Shown here: positions 23,201 to 35,519 of the stretch, in pieces
Layout of the letters: each line of letters opens with the position of its first letter
Position numbering within the stretch: the stretch's first letter is position 1
NCBI RefSeq assembly: GCF_036365525.1
Contig: NC_090372.1
Location: 74,696,078 to 74,760,077 of the forward strand
Source: Heterodontus francisci
Lineage: Eukaryota
Reading direction: 5' to 3'
DNA: 64,000 nt
The notes under the pieces: model-generated
The model's input: the letters and a program-made list of their open reading frames with translations, nothing else
Database searches by the model: none
Told to the model about the DNA's origin: nothing
Made by a program: the position numbers and the translations under genes

Positions 23201-26074
23201 GCATTCGTTAAAGCAGATTCCATTGGCACGGCTCTCCCAGCACACCGAAAACATAAATCAAATCGCAACACCCTGACCTTTGCTGAGCAGGACTCACTGG
23301 TGGGTGCAATTTTATATAACATTTGCACCCCCAGCATAACATAACGAGTCTCTTTTCCAGCCTTTTATTCATCGCGCATACATTCTTAAAAAAATGGCAG
23401 CATTGGTTTAGGTTTTATCGCCTTTTAATTTATTTCGTTAAATTCTCCAGACCATCAGTACTCCAACGCAATGATGGCCTGCTAGTAAATAATCCCCCTG
23501 ATTCAACCTGCTTCATGCCTTACATTAATCAAATACTACCGCTGTAAAGATGAACAACTAGGGGCAATTTTTAGGCAACAATCTTTTTTTAAAAAATCAA
23601 CCTTTGGTGAACTATCTTAATTTTGCACAAAATCACTGTAAGTCACATATAGAAACATAAAATTTAATGCCATCCATTAAGCGATGGGATTCATTGAGAT
23701 TTCAACGCACACTTAGTAACGAAAAACCTAATAGCCTAATTCCATAGACGTTGCAATTCACAAACTAGCCGACTAGATTTCTAAAATGGACGAAGAACCA
23801 TTCATTGGAGCATATTATATAATGAATAAAATGTCAGAATAAGTACATGTACATTTATGCCCATGTGATACATAATATTTTTTATTAACGGCTAGTAAAA
23901 CCAAATATATTGGCGTCAAGTTTTTATTTGATAAACGTACGATGTTTTGTTTGTATATATTCGGACCGAGAGCGGCCATTGACAGGATTTCAATATTCGA
24001 TTGTTCCTGTTTTAAGGAACGACATATGCATGTAATTCGCACAGTTTTCTGCAAAATAACTTTTTTGCATTTACCATATGGAGAGAAAACATTATTGGAA
24101 ATAGATTATGTGCCGAAGCAAACAGAAAAGAGGAATCTAAGCGTGTTCTGGCACAATCTGACACCCGTAAGCCTTTCCACTGACCTTTGCCTTGAACAGC
24201 AATAACTCACCATATTAATGAACAATCAACGGAAGTATTTGAAATACCTCAAAATAAAATCCATTCCGCTAAATGCAGCATCTCTCCCTGCTCGCATATA
24301 TTCCTTCATGTGAAATCCTGCGCCCAGAGTGCAATCTCTTTAGAAGAAAATAGCTGGCTCTTAACAGAAAGTGGAAAAGCGTAATCACAGCCGAAGCCAG
24401 CATAGGTCTCCGATCCAAATGCCACAATAATGCGCTGTATTATGTGCTCACGTGGTCATACGTCAACTTAAATCCTTTTATTTGAATTTGAGAGATAATT
24501 AAAGGAGCACCTTTTTCGGCAAAACCTAACTTTTTACTCAACAAAACCTAAGAAGTTTCTTAAGCAGAGTTTTGTTGGTGTTGCAGAAGGTTGCTCCTCG
24601 ATAATTCTTTGCAGGAAATCCACGATAAGGTAAGTTGTGTCGTCTGTATTTCATAGTGTGAAAGATCTCTATCCGGAGCCTGTAGACTGAACTACTTGGA
24701 ACAGATGCCTAGCAGTTTGTAGCGCATTAAAACCCGGAACGGGAGTTTAAATCGACCTATGAAGAAGGGAGTACTTCACATTTTCGACCAAAACAGATAG
24801 ACAAGCAGAGAAGCCCCACAGTTGTTAAGCTTCCACGCGAATCTCCCTTTTCAGAGCGTGCTATTGTACTGGGCTTGCTTAACACCCACACGTTACACCA
24901 TGCTAGTTATTGAACCCAGAAAAGGTTTATAATTACCTGACAAAGGCAAAGCAGTGTCATAGAAAGCTTAGGTGATTTTAGTGAGTATAGCACAGGGTGA
25001 GGAGTGTACTTGACAGCGATGTAATGATTGTGATTTTTTTTCCAGTGGAATCGTAAATCGTGTCTATAGGGACCCTCATGCGAAATGTGTGCTTACACGT
25101 TTTCTGCCAATTGAGTGATGCATGGAATTTCTTGTGGAAGAAATAGATTCAGTGTAATATATGTTAATAGCTATGCAGAACCATTGATGAAAAAAATGGC
25201 CAGTGTGTATCTTTATGTAATATAAATCTCTGGGTCACAGGGTTGTTTCTCTACGGGATGTACCTTACTTTAGCACAACACCCATTGAAAGTTTGGGGGC
25301 AAAGAGACAGTATAAATGAAAATATCAATACACCTACAATTTCCATATGACTGAAGCTGTTAAAAACTCCATTTCATGTAAGAGGTTCGAAATTAATATC
25401 TCTATTCTAAGCACGTAAATTCTTCAATTTACATTTAATTATAAAACGTTCCTTCCTCGTTTATGTTCTGACTAGAGCAGGGTCCCCTCATTCTGTTGCT
25501 TTTACTTACTCTTGCCCCCTTTACTTCCACCCTTTCCTTATACTTATTGTTTTTTTTCTTAAACATTTCTGAAAATGGTTTTATTAATATTCACTGAAAT
25601 CTGTTTTGCACAATATAGGCACGTTTTCTTTAACCCCCATTCTGACAATTGTTTAGTGCCACAAATTATAGAAAGTTGCTTTAAATGTCCCACTCTAAAG
25701 TTTTAGGAAAACTTGCACTCACTAAAAGTTTTGGGCTCGACAGCTAAGTATAGCCGCTAATGAATTGGATAAAATATAATCGTTACAGTAACTTTAAGTA
25801 TCAGAGTACGCAAGTAAGGCGAGTTTATTGATGTCACAACATCAGAAAAGTTTCGAAAGGTTATACACACTCCATATTTTTCACTCTGAACTAAATCCGT
25901 GGAATCATCTTCCAAAGGCTACAGTTAAACTTTCAACGCCCAGAGTAAAACATTAATGAATAATTGATGAACGGCACGAAGTGAAGTTCGATATTTTAAC
26001 GCTGAAGCTATTTGATGTACACACATGTATGTATAAATATATGCACATATTTATATGCACACACATATCTAAAC

Positions 26075-26140
<66 letters not shown>
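26075..26140. repeat. (GATA)n microsatellite
   Basis: About 16 perfect ATAG units; explains the spurious IYLS-repeat ORF. Confidence 0.97.
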
Positions 26141-29100
26141 GGGTGGAAGTACAGAAACCTACGCCAGGTTTCTTCGCAATGTGCAAGAAACCTTATGAAA
26201 TTGGGACTATTTGGTCGACTATTCGGCGACCAAAATTAGAAGATATCTTTAAGACACTGTTTTTGAGGAAGTAGAATCCACAAAGGCAATAAATCGCTAT
26301 TACAGCTCACAGATACATCTTGAGGCTAATTTTTTTTAAAGTTAAATAGTCTTTCTGTTCCAGCAACTAATGGATATTTTTGCTTTAGATATTTTTATAA
26401 TGCCAGCACGAACTTTGAGAAAATACAAAATTCAACCTTAAAAGGTTCGAGGACATAGCTATAACCGATCTGAGCATTATAACGATAGGAGAATCCAAAA
26501 AAGGGCCATCGGGCTTGGCGATAAGCAATGACTTCTCTTTACTTAGGTCAAGTTTTGAGCCATTAATTACGAATTGGGCTTCAATTTATCCTATGTGCAA
26601 ATAAACAGAGCTACAAATAAGTCTTATAACTTACCTGAGAATTCAGCCAAATCCAAACCAGCCTCAAAGGACAGATAAAGCCTGCTGTGAAATTGGTAAT
26701 GTGCTTTAAAGGGAGAAAGTTTCAACGCACACTGGAGATTCTACATTTTCCAAACTATCCGGCTGTTTTAAATATATTGCTCTGTGTTAAGTCCGGGTAG
26801 CTTCCCTTTCAGCAAAGCCTTTTCAAATCAGAAAGGCGGGAGAAGGAAGTTTCGCTCCTTAATACTGAATCGGCGCCCTGCAAATACTGAACTGTTTGCC
26901 TTATTGGTTTATGCAGACGTCTGGGGTACTGGTTTTCTGTGAGATCTATGCATTAAAGAGAGAGAAAAAAAACAGCTCGGCAAACAAGCAGGGCCAAATC
27001 GAGGGGGAAAACCTTATGGAATCCGTTCACGTGACTTAAAAATAATTGTTAGCAGAATCTGGATCAAATCTGGTTATTAGGTACATACAATAAAGTTTCT
27101 GTGGTTCATTGTTAGGCTTGTATGCTTGCAAACTGGCATTGCATTTATGCGGTGTTGATTTAGGAAACAGCTGCAGCAGTCTTGAGGAGAGCTAAGTCCC
27201 AATGCATTACGAAGGTAAGGAGGAAGCCGTATAGCAGGGCACAACAAATGGGGTTTGCACGTTAAGCACTAACCACTACTGAACGTTTCATTTTACTCTT
27301 CATTTACTTTTTTAAACATCCATTTAGATATTAGTATGTAGCAAACGTAAAACTGCATTAAAGGAATTATTGTCTTAGAAGCGAACGATAAGATGTTTTT
27401 TGGTGTTCAAACACAATTAAACATAATTTCGTTCACTTTGTTCCCTAGAACAAATAAGCTCTAGGTGGAACTATTAGTTTCCGAAGCTGGTAAATAAACT
27501 TAAGAAACAGGATCTGGTGCAAGATTTAGGCTGACGCTGATCTGAATAAAATTAGAGTGCTAGCTTGGAGCATTAGAAAACGTTCCAACAAACGATCGTT
27601 TTCTTTTAAATCTAAATTATATAAACTTTAGCAGAAACTATCTGAAAAATAAATCAGCCAATTATCAGTAAAATTCTGTTTGTTTTCATTTTAAGAGTGG
27701 CCCTGCAAGAAACTCAGTTCTGCATGCGGGTGCAATTGACAACCCCATCACAACAAAGCATTAAGACTGAGTAATTTATTGCACTTCTCCCTCCATGTAA
27801 TAAAACTACCTTAGTTATCAAACGGCACTTTAAACTAACCAGAAAATTTGAGCTTTCTTACCAATCCGGAACTTCAAACACTATTTACTGGAATTCGCTG
27901 CGGGCAAAATGTTACCTTTAACCAACATATTGTTCAATATACTGTTCGTGGTGTGGTGAGCAGATTAAAGGTGCCTATGCCGCTCTACTTTACACTCCTA
28001 TCCTTAGTCGATTCTTACTTGTGAATTCATTCTCTTTATTAAAAGGTTGCTTTTTAAAGAATATTTAGATGTGATTTTCATTTTCATGCGCTATTAACGA
28101 TATCACACCCAGAACTCCAATTCGTACTGGGTTTCTAGCGTCGTAACTCGAGAAGGTTGAAAATAAATAATTATTTTTAAACCTTGCTTTTTGTCTTTTG
28201 ATAAATTGCAAATTAAATCCGAAAGTCCGTGTAGTTAGACATTTGAACTAAACAGAAAGATGGGGAAACCGAATAGCGAGTGCTTCTTCGATTTTTCTTG
28301 TCAGTCCCGTAATAATAAAACAAAAAAATCTGATATATTTTACGTTCACTTCCAGGCAAGAGGTTACAGACCTCTTCACTGTATTTTATTGATTACTACT
28401 GTAGATTTGGGTGTTAGCTTCGATGTGTAAAAGTAAGCAGGATAAAATTGCATGCTATCGTTATAAATACAGATATTGAGAAAGGCTGCATTGAGGTAAC
28501 ATTTGGTTCTTATAAAAAATAAATAGATGGCTGTACAAAGCATGCCAGCATTCAAATATGGGTGCAAGCATTTTTATTTTGGCAATCTGTATGACAACAA
28601 ATTGACATCCCCCTACACGGTTGCATTATATCTTTTAATAATCTTTTCCCCAGCCAATTTTGCCTTTCAAATTTTATAGTTGAAAATGAAGAATATTTTA
28701 TTTGGTAGTATTACAGGGAAAGCTGTCTTCCCTTTAAAAATGATAATTATTATGTTCTATTTAAAATAAATCAAGCTTTATGTTTCTAGCTCCAGTGAAT
28801 TCTTTGAGGTTGCTGTGAACCCCTAACAAAGGAATTACCCTAGGCTTTTGTTCCCTTAAATAACCACCGGATTGACACTCTCAAATGGCTCCATGACTAC
28901 CTTTTGCAGCTGGGTAATACATTTCAACGTGGAAGGAATAAGCTCTGCGGAGTGTACGCAACCTCTCATCTTGTAACAGGGTTGGAAAAATAAATTACAT
29001 TTTCATTTAGTGTTCGCTGATTCCGATGAACTGCCGAACCAAACCACCTGTTACACTAAAATAAAACGAGTCCACCTGAAACCAGACATCCGATTTCAGC

Positions 29101-31817
29101 AGTGCAAGCAAAGCAAAATGTTTTACCTCTTAATTTCGGATTCTAGGCCATCTCAATGCCCAATTAGACTATCCTGGACCGAGTCTTGTTTCTGGATAGA
29201 GACAGTCTAAACCTAAAAGGAGCACATTTATTGTCATTAAAATAAAGCATCGTGAATCGCTTGCCAAATAGTAACTCATAATGTATTTGTGTTGCTCTTG
29301 TTTTAGGAGGTGGATCCAATTACAGACCTGTTTTATTGGAATGTCAGCCCGGAAGCTGAAGACATTGTACCAGCCGTTATACTATTGCAATTATCTTGTT
29401 TTGATTGATCATAGCCAATAGTAAGAATAATAAAATGTACTTCACTGGAGTGATGAGACATTTAATTAACTGCTATGTACTTTTACTAATGATCTTTTAT
29501 TGTAAATATTAGAAGCGGTACTTAATTATGAGTGCAAACAATGCACGTTTCTGGATGTACTTTCATCAGGTACCAACATCCAATGCATTTATTAAATAGG
29601 AGCAAGATCTTTGCGAAGAAAAAAATGCATTCTTTCACCAGCACAAATTGTCTCCAAATGGGTTCAGAGTTTATATCAGCAACACTATGGAAATAAATGA
29701 ATACAATATTTCGACAATAAGCAAGGCCGGTAATTTATCCTAAAACACAACAATAAAGACAGGTGTTTCTGTACACTCTTTGGTCTTATATGTATTATCC
29801 GGCTCATAGTTGTATATTATTTCCATGCATAAGACAAACAGTACATAGCCAGAACAAGTGCTGCACTTTGCACAGAATTATATATGTTAGTGCATTTGCT
29901 GGAGCACCATAACTCTGACACTTATTGTAAATCGCTCAAATTAATGAATCATAGAGGAATTTAGCTTATGCCTCTTTATTTCCAAACGCTGCTGCCTACA
30001 GTTGCCTCTCAGCCCTGCGCATGTAAGAGATGGTGATTTATTAACGACAGGAAAATTGAACAAAGCAGCACAGCTACACCGTGGTATCCAGGCATACATA
30101 CTGTGAACTAGAACATCATCATATGTGTTTGTATTTGTTGCAATTAATCATGAAAAAATCTAAAATATTACTGACACGCGAGAGACTGACTAAACACCAT
30201 CACAGACATGCCGTGATTTAAATCTGAATACTAAAGGGCGCTATTCATCACATTTTTGACAGTATTAAGAAATAAAAAATTGTAAAAACATTAACAAAAT
30301 AAAGCACGGATCATAAAGACACAACTCACCACAATTCTTGCCTGATTTGTGCCTCTTCCTTTTCTGAGACAGGTCTTCCAATTATAGACTTATTTTTAAG
30401 GAAAGTTCATTTTCACATCAGACTGAAACAGATCTAGTGCGAATACTGACGACTACATATCTATTCCGGACCGGCTGCATTAATTATTTAATGAGTCACG
30501 TGACTAGGGAGATTAAAATTTCAATACATACACAGAGGAGACGCGTGACCCTTTATCTTGGAGTGTGGAGTTTTTTTTCTCTTTGCGTCCCTTCTTAGTT
30601 GAATCTTTATTGCTGTGGCTTTCTTTTAGTCTTTGGATGCTTCCTGGTAAGTGATAGTACAAAAATGACTGGCCTGTGCTGATCCCAGATTTGACAGGTC
30701 TGCCATTTGTGTCACCTATAGTTCGAACTTCCTCAGTCCAATATTCTTGGACATTTCTTCAAGCTGTCTTTATTGTCCGCCTGACAGTTTGATATTGAAG
30801 CTCAGTATTACGGTACCCCGCATATATAACAGTCACATGTAAGGCTAACTCTTTCATATATGACTTTACATCCCCCCAAGGCTGCTAAATTTGACACTGA
30901 ATCGACCCTCACTAGCCACAGTCGATATTTTATTATACCACTCAAATGTGTATTAGTTTTTGTATTGTATCTGGTATTTGAGAGCCCACGATTACCATAG
31001 TGCACAGACTAGTTCTTTTAAGGGTGACAACGAACATTGTGTTGTACAGACAGTCGATTAAAAAGTAGATCCAGTGAATTTAATGGATGGTGGCAATCTC
31101 GCTTGCTGTTTTAGTTGTGCTTTAAACTCTTAACTGTAGTGTTTTGAGTTTGATGAAATCATACATTTTCACATGCGTTTACGTGCTTATAATGAACAAA
31201 ATAAACGTGGCATGATTTTATTAATTCAATTACTTACAAGTTTCCAAAATGCTTTCTACAAACAGCTATGAGCGCAGATAGTTTCGAGAAAGCAAGCTTA
31301 TATTTGATAGAAAACATGCCAGTAACTCTATTCAATAATCAGAACAATAGCGTCCCTTTAATAGGTGAATTATCTCGCTGAAACAAGTGAAGGATTGGTT
31401 CCATTCTTTTAAATCGTGACGACCATTAACTACAAAAATGTTATTAACTAAACCGTTTAAAACATGCATTGTTTCTTGCCACGCACAAGGGCTGCATTTA
31501 AACAGACTTTTGCAACTTACGTATAAATCACCGCCAAGTACTCTTTACACAAATTCATACCATACAGTAAAACGCGCTATATATCTAATATATATATATA
31601 TAAACTTTTCTCTAAATATCGCCATATGCTTAAGCATGAGTTTCCAAAAAATGCTATTTGGATTTTTATAAGATCTTTTTTGATAACAAGGTACATTCTT
31701 TTAGCCCCTTTCTGCAGGCATAGGAAATGGTGGAAAGAGCACTGTCCATCTTTTTAAAGGTCAAGGGTTTGAGGGGTCAGTCTGCACCGCTAAAAGCGGC
31801 TAATCGGTCAGAAAATC

Positions 31818-31834
31818 TGTCCTCTTGGTGAACT
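31818..31834 (-). promoter_or_regulatory. DR5 RARE 3' of hoxa4
   Basis: AGTTCA-ccaag-AGGACA; position and sequence fit the conserved Hox4 3' RARE class. Confidence 0.75.
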
Positions 31835-34426
31835 CGCTCTAGTTGCCCAGCCATTGACAAACAATGCAACTTTTTATTACAAAAGACCGTTCGATTTACA
31901 ATAACTAAAAACATCAAAGAGAAAGAAAATAAAGATGCAAACGGATTTTCATTTGCTAAAGGAGCCCAAAGCTTTATCACACAAAGGATAAGTTTTAATA
32001 AACTTGCCCTTTCCAAAACTGGCTTGGAATACAGTAAATTACCTTTTGCCTTTGACAATATGTGTTTATAATTTTCTGTGGTAATAAAAAAAACATCCAA
32101 CAAGAAACTGCAGGACTGTTCCAAGGGGAAAAGCATGATCTGCGTCGAAATGGTCACATTTTATTCAGGAGAATCCAATGTGTCCACACACACTTTTCCA
32201 AAAGAACGCCCTTCAGACTTGCTGTTGAAGTATACAAAGAAGTATTTATTGAATGAGGTGATTAATGATTCTGAGCAAAATCTGGTATTTTCAATCTGTT
32301 TAAAATTCCTTTTACAGATAAGCAAGCACGACTGCCTAATGGGGAGAATTTTCTCATCGTACTATTCTTTGTCTTTCTATATACTTTTGCAGTCGTCTTA
32401 TAACTATTATACAAAACACGTTTCAGAACATCTATCCTTGATAATGCTAGCAGTTTTTGTTTGCCATCTGTAAAAACAAAATATTTGTACAGCTCGCAGC
32501 AAAATTTATATTTCTCTCTAAAGGAGCTGAAATGTGGGAAATGATTCTATTTTGTTATAGTCCCTATCGAAAGTTCTGACTAAATTATTTGTGAGAAATT
32601 TTGCATAATTGCAGAGTATTTCAGTTTTTAGCAAGTTTTAGGAGGAAATGTATCCAACGTATTTAAATAGTGTAAGTATATTTCCTCATCGCTAACGTGG
32701 TGCATTCTGTGTTTTGATATTGTTTGTATTTACTATCTATTCTATTTGAAGAGCAAAAGAAATGCCACGAACGAAATTGCTGCTGTGAGTTTTAAATGGA
32801 CATAGAGATGTAGCAAAATCGATAATATGTTTTTGTCGAAGTGCATTTTTTGTTGTGCAAAGAAACCTCCGATGTACACTACTTTTTCAGGAACACTGAT
32901 ATTTGTGCTGTCTTCAAGCAATCAACAGCATTGACCATATAAGAATTATCATCGTCCCAATGCTAGAAGTCACTAGCTACAATTTTATGTTCAGTGAAGT
33001 AACTCTTATTTAATTGTTTAGCGCCCCTTTCCCCAAGATTAACAAAATGGAGTCATAGTGTATATTCGAATATTTAGTCCTGCTGTTTCTATTTTATTGG
33101 CCATATATTACAAGCAACAAAATAAACAATGATTGTATTTTTATATTTAAAGTGTCATTGCCACATTAAATTCTGTAATGCATAAGAAAGCACAACAGGA
33201 TGCAAAGTCAAATTAAAAATAATCCCACATGATTACACTGCATCAGGATCAGACATAGAGCGTCTAGGGCTGTAAAAGGCCGTGTTCGCCACCTTTATAG
33301 ATGCTTTATTATTTGATCCCCTCACATTTTACTGCATTATTTACGACTTGGTGACGTAGAACTTGATGTGGAAAGGCTGTAGAAAGATCAATTGTAGATC
33401 CACGCAGTAATTTATCCTCTTTCGCTCAGTTATTCTTCAGAACCACACGAAATATTTTGCAGTGGGGCTTTTTAAAAATGGTTTCATTTTGAAAATAAGA
33501 ATATGAACAAAAATATAGTCAAAACAAATCAGTTAAATCCATAGCCACGTTTTGGAGTCGGAAAAGTAATTTTCTGTGTGTTCGCGAAATCCTGACTGGA
33601 AGTAAATTGTACACATAAGAATTGAGATAGTCCATGAATTAATATTTTATTTAAAGCCCGGGGCTTTATTTTTACACTGTAATTTATGTCTTTCGTTTGA
33701 GCAACATTTGGCACTGCACATAGCACACTGAAATATTCACAGAAAAATACACAAATCTTACCAATGATTTGTACGGTTTCGTCACAGTTTGGACTGTACC
33801 AAAATTGTTAAATATATAACGACTCGTTTGAAATCTCTGGATAAGATCCTTGCACATTTGTTATACTGATATCAGTAACACAACTATATAGAGGATACAG
33901 GTTTGAAATAAAAACACCATAAATAACGCTGGCGACATAATTTATTTCCTATATATGTAGCATCTGGACAGTTTATTTGCTCTAAAACCATTTTCAACAT
34001 CCACACATATTGCTGCCTTTCTCATTTTCTAAAACAGATTAATTCTTAAATTCTCACAAATATTCCAACAGACTACACTAGTTGAGATTATGATGCTTAC
34101 ATTTCCTCACAATATCTATTATTCACAGTCCTTTTCTCTTGTTGCTTTGAATATCATGGAAGAAGCCACTTTGACAGAACCTAGTATCGGTTCATGTGGA
34201 GGTAATGAAGGATGCAGAATGTACCCAATCAAACAGAAAACACTTTGAAAGTCTGCAGAGAATGGGTGAACACAATAGAAATGCTTGTCTCTTTTGGGGT
34301 TAACAGCATCTACCCTTGAAAAAAAATTCTCACTGCAAGAAATCCCTCCACATTCAAGTCAGTTATGTGGCAAACATATTTTGGTCCAAACTATGTTGTG
34401 GGAGAGGGGTTGGAGAGTCGAAACAG

Positions 34427-34752
34427 CTATAGGCTTGATGAATTTGGTGCTGAACCATCTGGCTGTGGGCCCTGGGAGGATACTTGTGTTTGCTGGCTTG
34501 TAGAAGATGATGAGCTAGCAGAACGCATCTTAGTGTTAGGCAGTTTATGATCTTTCTTCCATTTCATCCTTCTGTTCTGAAACCAGATCTTCACCTGGCG
34601 TTCAGACAGGCAAAGAGTGTGTGCAATCTCAATGCGTCGACGCCTGGTTAAGTAACGGTTAAAATGGAACTCCTTCTCCAGCTCTAAGACTTGTTGTCTC
34701 GTGTAAGCAGTTCGAGACCGTTTGGGCTCTCCTCCAGTGTAATTTGGGTTCA
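34427..34752 (-). CDS. hoxa4: Hox-A4 coding exon 2 (homeodomain)
   Basis: Acceptor GCTCAG|TG; [29 protein letters not shown]...[11 protein letters not shown] (Dfd/PG4 type); spliced 247 aa. Confidence 0.97.
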
Positions 34753-34960
34753 CTGAGCAAAACAAAAAGTAACCAAACATAAATACAGATACAGCCACGA
34801 ATCTGACAATGGGATTAGATGCACGTGAATGAAGGTTCTAAAAGACAAGAGTTTTTTCAAAGTGTTCTGACAACGGAGAACAATCTACTGCAATAAAATG
34901 GCTCTGGGTATTTAGGTTAGAAAAGCATCAAAGACACATGGCCAGGAGCAAGATCCAGGG

Positions 34961-35016
34961 CAATGAAATTTATGGGCGCTGTAATTACCGACCTAACAGT
35001 TAGGTGATCGTAAATC
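34961..35016 (-). promoter_or_regulatory. HB1-type homeodomain-binding element in the hoxa4 intron
   Basis: Minus strand GATTTACGAT...TAATTACAGCGCCCATAAATTT; internal inverted repeat ACCTAAC-A-GTTAGGT (34991-35005). Confidence 0.7.
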
Positions 35017-35101
35017 TCATGAAAGGGCTAGTTACAGAAAGGGTTCCGCACATCCGATTTCAATTGAATTTTAATTGTTTCAGTTAGCTTTAGTTACTTA
35101 C

Positions 35102-35519
35102 CGGTGGTAACGTGAATTTTCTTCATCCACGGGTAAACTATGGGCTCTTTGCTGAGAGTACCTTTCTGGGCAGTGGGATTTTTCGCATTCTGGCTACACA
35201 AAGCTGGTGTGGCTACTGGGACCACTTCACAAAGCTGATTCTGTCTCGGTATGTGATTTTGGAGGCTAGCCTGCGACTGCACATGACCCCTTTGCGACAT
35301 GTCTTGGTTGCCAGTGCCTTGGACATTGTTGAAGCTGTAGGTCGGCTCTGGGTAGTTTGATTGTGGGTATAGTGCCTCATGATGGAATCCAGGGTCCCGC
35401 GGCCGCTCGTAGTATTCAGGAGATTGGCTTGGTATGTAGTTATTTTGAGAATATTCCTCACAAGGTGGAAATTTTGGCTCAACGTAGTTGGAGTTTATCA
35501 AAAACGAACTCATGGTCAT
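35102..35519 (-). CDS. hoxa4: Hox-A4 coding exon 1
   Basis: MTMSSFLINSNYVEPKFPPCEEY start, EPIVYPWMKKIHV; donor CCG|GTAAGT. Confidence 0.97.

Noticed and set aside
24615-24629. 15-nt + strand microexon (TTTGCAG|...|GTAAGT)
   Set aside because: No host transcript evident; the donor is more simply the end of a first exon from the 24449 E-box
25953-26186. ORF with IYLS repeats
   Set aside because: Translation of the (GATA)n microsatellite
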